Assembly: GCA_963786105.1 (NCBI GenBank)
Contig: CAWAXX010000014.1
Location: 241,482 to 305,481 of the forward strand
Source: Vulcanimicrobiota bacterium
GTDB taxonomy: Bacteria; Vulcanimicrobiota; Vulcanimicrobiia; Vulcanimicrobiales; Vulcanimicrobiaceae
Length of the DNA stretch: 64,000 nucleotides
Direction of reading: 5' to 3'
The translations under genes and the position numbers were made by a program. Each line of letters opens with the position of its first letter. Within the stretch, counting starts at the first letter, position 1. This document shows, piece after piece, positions 1-9,757 of this stretch. The notes under the pieces are model-generated. The model had not been told where the DNA came from, did not search any database, and saw only the letters and a program-made list of their open reading frames with translations.

Positions 1-229
1 CATCGTAACGCGCCTGCGCGCCGGGATTGAGTTGCGGCCGCTGCTGTACGGTTTGATTCTTGAAATTCACGCGGTAAACGAGGGATTCGCCAAAAAGAAA
101 AATCTCGCCGCGGCCGTTGGCGTAACCTCCGTATACAGGCTCGGAGGGCTCTTGAACGATTCGATCCTTCGACTTTCGGCTAACGATGTCGAGGGAGGCA
201 ACTGGTGCCGGTGCGGGTGCGTATAACAT
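1..229 (-). CDS. Hypothetical protein, 5' part only (runs off the window start)
   Basis: ATG at 229 preceded by AAGGGGG; frame MLYAPAPAPVASLDIVSRKSKDRIVQEPSEPVYGGYANGRGEIFLFGESLVYRVNFKNQ... stays open to position 1; not in the ORF track because it has no stop in the window. Confidence 0.55.
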   Translation of the reverse strand, partial: MLYAPAPAPVASLDIVSRKSKDRIVQEPSEPVYGGYANGRGEIFLFGESLVYRVNFKNQTVQQRPQLNPGAQARYD

Positions 230-319
230 GCTACGCCCCCTTAACGTTCGCGAGACGAGAATGGTTGCAAAGGCCGCCGAGAGAGGCCTGTGGAGCCGGG
301 CTGCGCGAATGAATGGCCC

Positions 320-985
320 GTGAAAAGCATCGTTATCGCCTTTTTTTCCCTTTTGGCCGCGATCTCGGCGAGCGGCCCAACGGTCGCCGCCGCGGATCCC
401 GCGCTGTTGACGCCGTCGGCGCTCAACGCGAAAGCACCGGCTCGCTACGATGTCGCGTTCAAGACGACGGCGGGCGACTTTGAGGTGGCGGTAACCAGGG
501 CGTGGGCTCCGCACGGCGCCGATCGGTTCTACAATCTCGTGAAGCACGGATTTTTCACGGGCGCCTCCTTTTTCCGCGTGGTTTCTGGGTTCGTCGTTCA
601 GTTCGGACTCAGCCCGAATCCGGCGGTGAACAAAGCTTGGAGCGCCGCCAGTATCGCCGACGATGCCGTTACGCAAAGCAATCGTAACGGCTACCTGAGC
701 TTTGCGTCTGCCGGCCCCAATACGCGGACCACTCAGGTCTTTATCAACTTGAGCGACAACGCGCGCCTCGACGGCATGGGTTTTGCGCCTTTCGGGAGAG
801 TCGTTTCGGGGACGAACGTCCTGCGCAAAATTTATTCCACCTACGGCGAGTCGCCCGATCAAACCTCGATCGTTACCCAAGGCAAGGGATATCTCGACAA
901 GAATTTTCCGAAACTCGATCGGATCGTTTCCGCCAAGATCGTGTTGGTCGCTTCCGCGCCGCACCCGGCGCCGACGCACCATTAG
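320..985 (+). CDS. Secreted cyclophilin-type peptidyl-prolyl cis-trans isomerase
   Basis: WAPHGADRFYNLV, FFRVVSGFVVQFG, GPNTRTTQVFINL, GFAPFG cyclophilin motifs; signal peptide from GTG 320 (ORF track start 290). Confidence 0.9.
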   Translation: MKSIVIAFFSLLAAISASGPTVAAADPALLTPSALNAKAPARYDVAFKTTAGDFEVAVTRAWAPHGADRFYNLVKHGFFTGASFFRVVSGFVVQFGLSPNPAVNKAWSAASIADDAVTQSNRNGYLSFASAGPNTRTTQVFINLSDNARLDGMGFAPFGRVVSGTNVLRKIYSTYGESPDQTSIVTQGKGYLDKNFPKLDRIVSAKIVLVASAPHPAPTHH

Positions 986-999
986 GACGGTTCCGATTC

Positions 1000-2343
1000 G
1001 TGACGAACGCGCAGCGGGCATTATTGGCGATCGCACTGAGCCTGACGGCGTGCTCCGGATCCGGCGGCGGATCCGTGCCCGGCCCTGCGAACGCTCCCGG
1101 TGTTTCGCCGCCGACGCCTTCGCCGAAGAAGATCGAGCACGTCGTTGTGATGATCCAAGAGAACCGCAGCTTCGATAATCTCTTTGCCACGTATCCCGGA
1201 GCCGACGGTGCGTCTTACGGAATGCTTCACACGGGGAAGCACTTCAAGCTGGTGAAGGGGACGCTCGCCGGCCAAGATCTCGATCACTTGCATTCCGGAT
1301 TCGTCACCGAGTACGACGGCGGCAAGATGGACGGATTCGATCGCATCAGGTTCGGTTCGAGCGGCGCCGGCGGTCTCGCCGGCACGTATCCGCTGCGCTA
1401 CGTCGATCCCGCTCAGATTCGGCCCTATTGGGCGATGGCCGAACAGTACGCGCTCGCCGACCACATGTTCCAGACGCAAGGGAGCGGAAGTTTCACCGCC
1501 CACCAAGAGCTCATCGCCGCCGGCACGGCGATCGGTCCGGACAAGAGCCTCATGGATCTTCCGTCGCGAGGGCCGTGGGGGTGCGACGCACCTCCGCAAA
1601 CGGTGACGTCCTACATCACGTCCTCAGGCGGCTTTCACTTCAATCGCGGACCCTTCCCGTGCTTGTCGTATCCGACGTTGAAAGACGTGCTCGACCCCAA
1701 AGGCCTCTCGTGGAAATACTATACGCCCCCAATCATCCCGGGCGGGAGCGGCTATATTTGGAACGCGTTCGACGCGATCCGCAACGTTCGCTACGGTCCT
1801 GACTGGACGTCCGACGTCGTGTCGCCCGAAACGACGATCTTCAAAGACATAGCGGCGAATAGCCTTCCGGCCGTTTCTTGGGTGATTCCCACCAATCAAA
1901 ACTCCGATCACGCCTCGCTCACCGACTACGGACCGTCGTGGGTGGCCTCGGTCGTCAACGCTATCGGCAAGAACGCAAATCTTTGGAATTCGACGGCGAT
2001 TATCGTCGTGTGGGACGACTGGGGCGGTTACTACGATCACGTCGCGCCGCCGCAGCTGGATTATCAGGGGCTCGGCTTTCGCGTTCCGATGCTCGTCATT
2101 TCACCGTACGCAAAGAAAGGCTACGTTTCACATACTCAATACGAGTTCGGCAGCATCGTGCGTTTCGTCGAAGACAACTGGAATCTCGGCCGTCTCGGTG
2201 CTACCGACGTGCGCGCCACGAGCATTGCCGACGCGTTCGATTTCAGCTCCTCGCCGCGCACGTTCGTACCCATATCGGCACCGCTTCGACAGTCGTTTTT
2301 CGAGCGTCAACCCCCATCGCTCGAACCCGTCGACGATCGCTAG
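1000..2343 (+). CDS. Phosphoesterase / phospholipase C-acid phosphatase (AcpA/PlcH-like) family lipoprotein
   Basis: Lipobox LTAC; IEHVVVMIQENRSFDN, GKMDGF, SDH, WDDWGGYYDHV, GFRVPMLVISPY motifs. Confidence 0.88.
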   Translation: MTNAQRALLAIALSLTACSGSGGGSVPGPANAPGVSPPTPSPKKIEHVVVMIQENRSFDNLFATYPGADGASYGMLHTGKHFKLVKGTLAGQDLDHLHSGFVTEYDGGKMDGFDRIRFGSSGAGGLAGTYPLRYVDPAQIRPYWAMAEQYALADHMFQTQGSGSFTAHQELIAAGTAIGPDKSLMDLPSRGPWGCDAPPQTVTSYITSSGGFHFNRGPFPCLSYPTLKDVLDPKGLSWKYYTPPIIPGGSGYIWNAFDAIRNVRYGPDWTSDVVSPETTIFKDIAANSLPAVSWVIPTNQNSDHASLTDYGPSWVASVVNAIGKNANLWNSTAIIVVWDDWGGYYDHVAPPQLDYQGLGFRVPMLVISPYAKKGYVSHTQYEFGSIVRFVEDNWNLGRLGATDVRATSIADAFDFSSSPRTFVPISAPLRQSFFERQPPSLEPVDDR

Positions 2344-2365
2344 CTCTCCCGCCCCGCCTTAAGGC

Positions 2366-3730
2366 TCATTCGGTGTCGACCGGCTGATACGACGAACGCC
2401 GATGCTGGAAGTACGATTGCGGAAGCGCTGCGGGTATAGGCTGAAACGTCCGCGGGGGTTGCGTGAAATCGAAAACGTCGCCGATGCTCTTGGCTCGCAC
2501 GTCGGTCGACCCAATCGGCGCGAGGTGCCAGTTTTCTTCCACGAACTTTAGAATGCTGCCGAACTCGTATTGAGTATGCGAGACGTAGCCTTTCTTTGCG
2601 TACGCCGAGACGACGAGCATTGGAACGCGAAAGCCGAGGCCCTGATAATCCAGCTGCGGCGGCGCGACGTGATCGTAGAATCCCCCCCAATCGTCCCACA
2701 CGACGATAATCGCCGTCGAATTCCAAAGCTTCGGGTTCTTGCCGACGGCATTGACCACCGACGCTACCCACGAGGGTCCGCCGGTGACGACGCGTCCTGG
2801 ATGGTCCGAATTCGGAAAATCCGGAATCAACCAAGATACGGGCGGCAGACTGCCGCTCGAAATGTCTTTGTAGACGGTCGTTTCCGGCGACGAGATGTTA
2901 GCCGTCCACTCGGGCCCATGGCGGACGGCGTCGATGGCGTCGAAGGCGCTCCACAAGCGGCCGAACGTGGGAAACGGCGGGACGTAGTATTTCCACGCAA
3001 CGCCGCCGCCATCGAGCGAGTCGCGCAACGTGCGATAGTGCAAACACGGAAACGGTCCCTTGCCCGGGAGGAATTGGTGGTCGCTGGTTATGAGCGACGT
3101 GACGGTGCGTTTCGGGGCATCGCATCCCCAAATCGCGCTGGTCGGATAGTTGACGAGACTTTGGGTCGAGTTGATCGCGGTGCCGCCCGCGATGAGATCC
3201 TGATGGCCGATGAAACTGCCGCTGCTTTGCGTTTCGAACATGTGATCCGCGAGTACGTACTGCTGGGCGATCGTCCAGTACGGTTGAATGTCGGACGGAT
3301 TGACGTACTGGTATGCGTAGACGCCGGCCGGCGGGCCTCCGCCCCACGCCCCAAGATGGATTTCGTCGAACCCGTCCATCTTGCCGTGGTCGTATTCGAT
3401 TTGAAATCCTTGCCAGGTGTGATCCAAGTCGAAAGAGATGAGACCGACTTTTTTGAGCGGGACGGTGCCGCCGTCGTGCGTTTTTCCGGTGGTCGTGCCG
3501 TCGGCGCCGGGATACGTTGCAAAGAAGTTATCGAAACTCCGGTTTTCTTGAACCATGATAATGACGTGCTTGATGTATCGAGGACCGGGCGCCGAGGTCG
3601 GCGTTGGAGTCGGGTTCGCGCCGCCGCCCGACGGCAACGAGCCGCCCGAGCCGCCCGATCCTCCGCCCGAACACGCGGCCAAAGAGATAACGACAAGAAC
3701 CATCGCCGCGAGAAGATTTCGGTGCATCAT
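2366..3730 (-). CDS. Phosphoesterase / phospholipase C family lipoprotein (paralog 2)
   Basis: Start trimmed to MMHRNLL (ATG 3730) ahead of lipobox LAAC; IKHVIIMVQENRSFDN, WDDWGGFYDHV, GFRVPMLVVS. Confidence 0.88.
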   Translation of the reverse strand: MMHRNLLAAMVLVVISLAACSGGGSGGSGGSLPSGGGANPTPTPTSAPGPRYIKHVIIMVQENRSFDNFFATYPGADGTTTGKTHDGGTVPLKKVGLISFDLDHTWQGFQIEYDHGKMDGFDEIHLGAWGGGPPAGVYAYQYVNPSDIQPYWTIAQQYVLADHMFETQSSGSFIGHQDLIAGGTAINSTQSLVNYPTSAIWGCDAPKRTVTSLITSDHQFLPGKGPFPCLHYRTLRDSLDGGGVAWKYYVPPFPTFGRLWSAFDAIDAVRHGPEWTANISSPETTVYKDISSGSLPPVSWLIPDFPNSDHPGRVVTGGPSWVASVVNAVGKNPKLWNSTAIIVVWDDWGGFYDHVAPPQLDYQGLGFRVPMLVVSAYAKKGYVSHTQYEFGSILKFVEENWHLAPIGSTDVRAKSIGDVFDFTQPPRTFQPIPAALPQSYFQHRRSSYQPVDTE

Positions 3731-3830
3731 CACCGCAGAGATACCGTCCGGGTCGCATCGCTTCCCTCTGCGAGTGTGGCGGCGTCGCGATTCTCGCCCA
3801 TAAATTGCCGGAAATGAGACTGGAGTTATC

Positions 3831-4655
3831 GTGAATAGGAACGGAAATGAGGCCTTCTCGACGTTTCGCGCGCTGCACGCCGGAGATCGAGTTTTGGTCC
3901 TTCTCAACGCGTGGGATGCGGCCTCCGCTGCATTGTTCGCGGCCGCAGGATCTCAAGCCGTTGCAACCAGCAGCGCTGGGCTCGCCTGGTCGTGCGGCTA
4001 CGCCGACGGGAACGCTTTGCCGCATTCGGCCCTTTTGTCGGTGGTCGGCTCGATCCGCGCCGTCGTTCCGCATCTGCCTTTGACGGTCGACGTCGAAGGC
4101 GGATACTCCGACGAAGCCGGCGACGTGGCGAGTCTGGTCGTCCGGCTCTACCACCTCGGCGTTGCCGGTATCAATATCGAAGATGGCGCCGGTACGCCGG
4201 AACTTCTCGCCGCAAAAATTGCCGCCGTAAAGCAGCGCGTGCGCGCGGAGGGCGGCGACCTCTTCGTGAACGCGCGCACCGACGTGTTCCTGCGCGACCT
4301 CGCCTCCGGCGACGGCGCCGTGCGCGAGACGATCTCGCGCGCCGAACGATACGCGCAAGCCGGCGCGGATGGGATCTTCGTCCCCGAACTAGGCGATCGC
4401 GAGGCCATCGGCCGCATCGCCGGTGCGCTCGAGCGTCCACTCAATCTCATGGCCGTGCCCGGCCTTCCGCCCGTTCCAGAGCTCTACGACCTTGGAGTAC
4501 GGCGTTTGAGTGCGGGGGCTTCGCTCGCCAAACTTGCGTACGGCTCGGCGGTCGACGCCGCCCAAGCACTTCTGCGGGACGGCAACTCCGACGTGCTGTT
4601 CTCGGTGCCTAGCGTGGACTACGGCGAAACCAACGCCTTGCTGCGCGGCGCCTGA
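3831..4655 (+). CDS. Isocitrate lyase / PEP mutase family protein
   Basis: NAWDAASA, ATSSAG, GYADG, TVDVEGGY, GINIEDG, FVNARTD, AGADGIFVP; GGAG RBS upstream. Confidence 0.88.
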   Translation: MNRNGNEAFSTFRALHAGDRVLVLLNAWDAASAALFAAAGSQAVATSSAGLAWSCGYADGNALPHSALLSVVGSIRAVVPHLPLTVDVEGGYSDEAGDVASLVVRLYHLGVAGINIEDGAGTPELLAAKIAAVKQRVRAEGGDLFVNARTDVFLRDLASGDGAVRETISRAERYAQAGADGIFVPELGDREAIGRIAGALERPLNLMAVPGLPPVPELYDLGVRRLSAGASLAKLAYGSAVDAAQALLRDGNSDVLFSVPSVDYGETNALLRGA

Positions 4656-4679
4656 GCGCGGGACGAGCGCGGTCGATCG

Positions 4680-4706
4680 TGTCGATTTTGGGTATCGCCA
4701 TTCGAC
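4680..4706 (+). promoter_or_regulatory. ECF42-type promoter TGTCGA-N17-CGAC upstream of the DGPF/YciI-sigma operon
   Basis: TGTCGA 4680-4685, 17-nt spacer, CGAC 4703-4706; matches the ECF42 consensus as I recall it (TGTCGA / CG[A/T]C). Confidence 0.7.
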
Positions 4707-4745
4707 GTTTGAATATACGAGCCAACCAACCAAGGAGAAACGTTT

Positions 4746-5162
4746 GTGCGATTTATAGCGATGGTCAAAGCGACCCCCGAATCTGAAGCGGGCGTGCTTC
4801 CTACCGAGGAGCAGCTTACGGAGATGGGCCGCTTCAACGAAACGATGGTTAAAGCGGGCGTGATGCTGGCGGGCGAAGGGCTGCAGGCTAGTTCGAAGGG
4901 AGCGCGAGTCAGGTTCTCCGGAGGAAAACCGACGGTGACCGATGGTCCCTTCACCGAATCAAAGGAGCTCATCGCCGGCTTCTGGCTGATTCAGGCGAAG
5001 TCGAAGGAGGAAGCCGTCGAGTGGATCTCCCGCGCTCCCTTCGTCGACGGCGAAGTAGAGATTCGTCAGGTATTCGAGGCCGACGACTTTGGCGACGCGC
5101 TCACTCCCGAACTACGCGATGCAGAACGACGGCTGCGCGAACGAAGCGAAGCGAAATCGTAG
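4746..5162 (+). CDS. YciI / DGPF-domain protein
   Basis: TDGPFTESKELIAGFWLI motif; AAGGAG RBS upstream. Confidence 0.9.
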   Translation: MRFIAMVKATPESEAGVLPTEEQLTEMGRFNETMVKAGVMLAGEGLQASSKGARVRFSGGKPTVTDGPFTESKELIAGFWLIQAKSKEEAVEWISRAPFVDGEVEIRQVFEADDFGDALTPELRDAERRLRERSEAKS

Positions 5163-5184
5163 CGCCGCGCCGCTCGCAACGAAC

Positions 5185-6435
5185 GTGACCGGCGCCGATA
5201 CTCAGCGCACGATCGAGGCCGTGTGGAGGATCGAGGCGCCGAGGCTCATCGCCGGACTCGCGCGGGTCGTACGCGACGTCGGTCTCGCTGAGGAACTCGC
5301 GCAAGATGCCTTCGTGGCGGCGCTCGAACGGTGGCCGTCGGCCGGCGTTCCGCGCAACCCGGCCGCATGGCTGGCCGCCACGGCGAAACATCGCGCCATC
5401 GATCGCTTGCGGCGAAATGCGCGGCTCGAGCGCAAGTACGAGGCGCTGGCACGCGACCTGGAGACGCGGCCGAACGACGACGAGCCCGATTTTGACGACG
5501 ACATCGATGACGATCTCCTTCGTCTCATGTTCGTCGCGTGTCATCCGGTACTGTCGACGGAAGGACGCGTGGCGCTAACGCTCCGCCTGCTCGGGGGCTT
5601 GACGACGCCGGAAATCGCGCGCGCGTTTCTCGTCTCGGAAGCGACGGTAGCGCAACGCATCGTCCGAGCGAAACGAACGCTCGCCGCGGCCCGCGTTCCA
5701 TTTGAAGCGCCTGCCGGCAGCGAACGCGCGCCACGTCTCGCATCGGTACTCGAAGTCATCTACCTGATTTTCAATGAGGGTTATTCGGCGACGGCCGGCG
5801 AGGATTGGCTGCGACCCGCGCTCTGTGAAGATGCATTGAGGTTAGGGCGCGTCCTCGCCGAACTGGCTCCGCGAGAAGCGGAAGTACACGGCCTGGTCGC
5901 ACTCATGGAAATACAAGCGTCGCGGCTGCGCGCGCGCATCGGCTTGGCCGGCCGGCCGATCCTGCTCCTCGACCAGGATCGGCGGCGTTGGGATCAGCTC
6001 CTCATTCGCCGCGGCTTCGTTGCGCTGGAACGGACAGAGAATCTGGGGACGGCGCTCGGTCCGTACGCGCTGCAGGCGGCGATTGCAGCCTGTCACGCGC
6101 GAGCGCAAACGCCGGCCGAAACCGACTGGGGGCGCATCGTAGCGCTCTACGACGCGCTTGCGCAAATCGCGCCGTCGGCGGTGGTGGAGTTGAATCGCGC
6201 GATCGCGATTTCGATGGCGTTCGGACCGGCCGCGGCTCTCGAGCTCGTCGATGCGTTGAAAGCCGAGCCGGCCATGCAAACGTATCATCTCTTGCCGAGC
6301 GCCCGTGCCGACCTGCTCGCCAAGCTCGGGCGTTACGACGAAGCTCGGTCCGAATTCGAACGCGCGGCGGGCTTGACGCGCAACGCTCGCGAGCGCGAGT
6401 TGCTGCTGCAGCGCGCCGCAGCTTTAGCGAAATAA
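5185..6435 (+). CDS. ECF sigma factor with C-terminal TPR extension (ECF42-type)
   Basis: LAEELAQDAFVAALERWP, DDLLRLMFVACHP, LIFNEGY, LQAAIAACH, VVELNRAIA; follows a DGPF gene; GTG 5185 chosen as start. Confidence 0.88.
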   Translation: MTGADTQRTIEAVWRIEAPRLIAGLARVVRDVGLAEELAQDAFVAALERWPSAGVPRNPAAWLAATAKHRAIDRLRRNARLERKYEALARDLETRPNDDEPDFDDDIDDDLLRLMFVACHPVLSTEGRVALTLRLLGGLTTPEIARAFLVSEATVAQRIVRAKRTLAAARVPFEAPAGSERAPRLASVLEVIYLIFNEGYSATAGEDWLRPALCEDALRLGRVLAELAPREAEVHGLVALMEIQASRLRARIGLAGRPILLLDQDRRRWDQLLIRRGFVALERTENLGTALGPYALQAAIAACHARAQTPAETDWGRIVALYDALAQIAPSAVVELNRAIAISMAFGPAAALELVDALKAEPAMQTYHLLPSARADLLAKLGRYDEARSEFERAAGLTRNARERELLLQRAAALAK

Positions 6436-8748
6436 CGATTCAGCGGGCGCGAGCATCGTTTCGACGTGGAGCGTGTCGCCGTTGGTTGCGAGCGTGATGG
6501 CGCCCATTTGATCGGTCCGATAGATACGGGCACCGGCGCGTCGCAGTGCGACCAGCGTTTGCGAGGCGGGGTGTCCAAATAGGTTGTGGCGCCCCACCGA
6601 AATGAAGGCGTAGCGCGGGTGTACGGCCGCTAGGAAAGCCGGCGAAGAACTGTATGCCGAACCGTGGTGGCCTACTTTTAGAACGTCGCACTGAAGATCG
6701 TCGCTCCCCCCGAGGAATCGCGACTCGGCGGTGGCGCCGGCGTCGCCCGTGAAGAGCATGCAGAACGAGCGGTAGCGTAAGATGAACGCCACCGAATTCT
6801 CGTTGATATCGTTGCGCGAGTTCGCGATGAAGGGCACGGACGGCCCGAGGAAATGGAGCGACACGCCGTCATCCAGACGCCACTCGGATCCGGCGCGCGG
6901 ATAGACGATCGGTATCCCCTGCACGTGCGCGGTGTCGACGGCGTCTCGATAGGCATGTCCACCGTACCGTTGTCCGCTGTCGGCGATCTCGGCGACTCCT
7001 AGCCTGCGCAACACCGGCGCCACCCCGCCCGCGTGATCTCCGTGCGGGTGCGAAATAACCACGGCGTCGAGACGATGAACGCCGTTACGTAAAAGAAACG
7101 GCACGACGATGCGGTCGCCGATCGATTCCGCGCTGGAGTCGTTGCCCTGGTTGCCGCGTTCCAGCCTGCCTCCCGCATCGACGAGAAACGCATGCCCAGC
7201 CGGCGTTTGGACGACGATGGAATCGGCTTGGCCAACGTCGAGCATCGTGATGCGCAGGCGGCCGTCGACGAACCGGGGCGGCAGGATGACGAATCCGGCG
7301 GCAAGCACCAGCGCGGCAACGGCGGCGGTGCGCCCGCCGCGTCGCCAGAGCAGCGGCGCGGCGGCGAGCGCGGCGTCGTATCCAACGATCGACCACGCCG
7401 GTGCCGGCGTCATCGCGATCCGGGCTTCCGGTAAAGCCGCCAGCGTTTGCACGACGCCCAGCATCCACGCGAGCAGCCACGAATTGAGGTTCGCGATGCC
7501 TTGCGCCAGCGGCGCCGACCATGCTATGGCGAGCTGCGCCGCGCCCAGCGCCATGGTGGCGGCGACGCACGGGACCACGGCGAGATTGGCGAGCACCGCG
7601 TACGGTGCGAACTGCAGGAAGACGGCTGCCGTGAGCGGCCAGGTGCCGGACTGCGTTGCCAGCGAGAGAACGAGCGATTCACGAACGGCGGCGGGAAGCG
7701 CGACGCGTTCCTCGATCCAGCGTTCGAGCGGTCCCGCGCACGCGAAGATCGCTCCCACGCAGGAAAACGACAGGGCGAACGAAGCCGAGGCAACGGTCTC
7801 GGGCCGTTCGAACGAAACGGCGATCGCCGCGATTGCGAGCGCATTCCACGAGAAGCTCGCGCGCCCGTAGGCGCGCGCGGCGAGCGCCGCCGTGGCCATC
7901 GACGCCGCGCGCATTGCCGGCAGCTGCGCCCCGCTCCACCAAACGAAGATCCATACCGCGGCGGCGGCGAGCACGCACCCCGTCACGCGCGGCAGCGCGA
8001 ACGGCCGGAGGATCGCGAGCGCGACGGCTACCACGGCGCCGACGTGCAGACCCGCGGTGATCAAGACATGCACCGTGCCGGTTTCCTGAAACTCGGCGCG
8101 CAGGTCGGGCGGAAGTGACGAACGTTCGCCCCATAGTTCGCCGGCTACGACGGATGCGAAGGGTTCGCCGAGACGGACGGCGAGCTGCGCGTGAGCCCAT
8201 TCATGCGCTCTCGGTAACCACGTACGCGGATCCCAGGGTGAACCGGGAGTCGTCGACAGTACGGTTGCAGTTTCGAGTTGCGCGTCTATGCCGCGGTCGT
8301 GCTGGATTTCGCGCTCGCTCGGCTCGCCGGGATTGCGCGCGTCGTCGAACGGTGCCAGCCGGCCGCGCACCACGACGCCGGAACCGATCGCAGGCAGATC
8401 GCCGCGCGTGCGTGCGAGAACGTGCAGGTCGCCGGGAACGAGCCCGACGACGAGACCGGATTCCGATCGTTCGAGTATCGTGCCGAAATACGACGCGGTG
8501 CGCCGTTCGGCCACGTGCGGCTGACTGCGTTGACGGACTTCGGCATTCGTGGCGCCGGCAACCAGGGCCGCCATCAAGATCGCGCGAAACTGGCGAGGCC
8601 TACACGAGCCGGAGAACGCAAAGGCGCACAGCGCCGTTAGACCGGCTCCGACGGTCACGCGGGCGTCGAGCGGGAGCGTCTGTGCCGTCGCCGCAAGGGT
8701 GCCCAGCACCGCGGCAGCCGAACAGAGGATCAGCGCGAAGGGCGGCAT
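6424..8748 (-). CDS. comEC: DNA internalisation competence protein ComEC/Rec2
   Basis: TVHVLITAGLHV competence motif, multiple TM helices, LDVGQADS, SHPHGDHAGG and LKVGHHGS metallo-beta-lactamase domain. Confidence 0.92.
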   Translation of the reverse strand: MPPFALILCSAAAVLGTLAATAQTLPLDARVTVGAGLTALCAFAFSGSCRPRQFRAILMAALVAGATNAEVRQRSQPHVAERRTASYFGTILERSESGLVVGLVPGDLHVLARTRGDLPAIGSGVVVRGRLAPFDDARNPGEPSEREIQHDRGIDAQLETATVLSTTPGSPWDPRTWLPRAHEWAHAQLAVRLGEPFASVVAGELWGERSSLPPDLRAEFQETGTVHVLITAGLHVGAVVAVALAILRPFALPRVTGCVLAAAAVWIFVWWSGAQLPAMRAASMATAALAARAYGRASFSWNALAIAAIAVSFERPETVASASFALSFSCVGAIFACAGPLERWIEERVALPAAVRESLVLSLATQSGTWPLTAAVFLQFAPYAVLANLAVVPCVAATMALGAAQLAIAWSAPLAQGIANLNSWLLAWMLGVVQTLAALPEARIAMTPAPAWSIVGYDAALAAAPLLWRRGGRTAAVAALVLAAGFVILPPRFVDGRLRITMLDVGQADSIVVQTPAGHAFLVDAGGRLERGNQGNDSSAESIGDRIVVPFLLRNGVHRLDAVVISHPHGDHAGGVAPVLRRLGVAEIADSGQRYGGHAYRDAVDTAHVQGIPIVYPRAGSEWRLDDGVSLHFLGPSVPFIANSRNDINENSVAFILRYRSFCMLFTGDAGATAESRFLGGSDDLQCDVLKVGHHGSAYSSSPAFLAAVHPRYAFISVGRHNLFGHPASQTLVALRRAGARIYRTDQMGAITLATNGDTLHVETMLAPAESLFR

Positions 8749-8795
8749 CGGCCTCCTTCTGCGACGTTACGCGGCTTTCGAAAGGAGATCGGATT

Positions 8796-9725
8796 CTGCG
8801 CATTATCGTGACCGGCGGTGCCGGCTTCATCGGATCGCACGTGGTCGACGCGTATTTGGCCGAAGGTCACGAGGTGCGCGTGATCGATTCGCTTTGGGAA
8901 CACGGCGGAGGCCGTCGCGCAAACGTTGCCGAGCGCGCGAGCTTCATCCACATGGATATCCGCGATGAGAACCTTAGCCGGATCTTCGCAGAGTTCAAAC
9001 CCGAGATCGTGAGTCATCACGCCGCGCAGCATTCGGTCGCGATCTCGTCGCGCGACCCGATGTACGACGCCCAGGTTAACGTCATAGGCCTGCTCAACGT
9101 TCTGGAGAACGCGGCAAAGAGCGGCGTTCGCAAAGTGATCTTCGCGTCGAGCGGCGCGACCTTCGGTAATCCGGATCGTCTGCCCATTACCGACGATATG
9201 GCGCAGAGGCCGACGTCCCCGTACGGCATCACGAAGATGGTTGCCGAACACTACCTTCGTTTTTACCGAAACGAGCGAAATCTCGAATTCACCGCGCTGC
9301 GCTACGGCAACGTTTTTGGTCCCCGCCAGGATCCCAACGGCGAAGCCGGCGTCATCGCGATTTTCGCGGCGGCATTTCTGCGCCGCGACGGCGTGCGGAT
9401 CGATTGGGACGGCGAGCAGACGCGCGACTACGTTTACGTCGCCGACGTCGCGCGCGCGAACGTCGCCGCGCTCGACCGCGGCTCGGGCAACTGCTACGTG
9501 ATCGGTACCGGGGTCAAGACGAGCGTCAACGCCATCTATCGTGCCTTAGTAGACGTAAGCGGATTCGAAGCACCGGTCACTGCGGCCCCGCGGCGTACCG
9601 GCGATGCGCGCGACGCGCAGTTCGATTCGACGGGCGCTCGCCGCGATCTCGCATGGGCACCGTCAACCTCCTTCCTCGACGGCTTGCGAGCGACGTACGA
9701 ATACTTCAAGAAGGCCGCACGGTAG
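8796..9725 (+). CDS. NAD-dependent epimerase/dehydratase (UDP-glucose 4-epimerase-like)
   Basis: IIVTGGAGFIGSH, YGITK (YxxxK), RYGNVFGPRQ, QTRDYVYV; AAGGAG at 8782-8787 points to a CTG (8796) or ATT (8793) start; the ORF-track start 8115 lies antisense inside comEC. Confidence 0.9.
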   Translation: MRIIVTGGAGFIGSHVVDAYLAEGHEVRVIDSLWEHGGGRRANVAERASFIHMDIRDENLSRIFAEFKPEIVSHHAAQHSVAISSRDPMYDAQVNVIGLLNVLENAAKSGVRKVIFASSGATFGNPDRLPITDDMAQRPTSPYGITKMVAEHYLRFYRNERNLEFTALRYGNVFGPRQDPNGEAGVIAIFAAAFLRRDGVRIDWDGEQTRDYVYVADVARANVAALDRGSGNCYVIGTGVKTSVNAIYRALVDVSGFEAPVTAAPRRTGDARDAQFDSTGARRDLAWAPSTSFLDGLRATYEYFKKAAR

Positions 9726-9757
9726 GAGACGCGCGTTCTAGCGAGCCCGCGAGTCGA

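Noticed and set aside
2570..3817. Long antisense ORFs (also 7109-7870, 9981-10973, 33786-35087, 35489-36322, 38319-39344, 62162-62983)
   Set aside because: Shadow frames of well-supported genes in high-GC DNA; no recognisable motifs
8115..8795. Long N-terminal extensions in the ORF track (epimerase, APC permease to 29035, selA from 37929, gntR to 26897, tsaB, typA, VOC)
   Set aside because: They overlap neighbouring genes and are low-complexity Arg-rich; RBS or stop/start overlaps support the shorter starts
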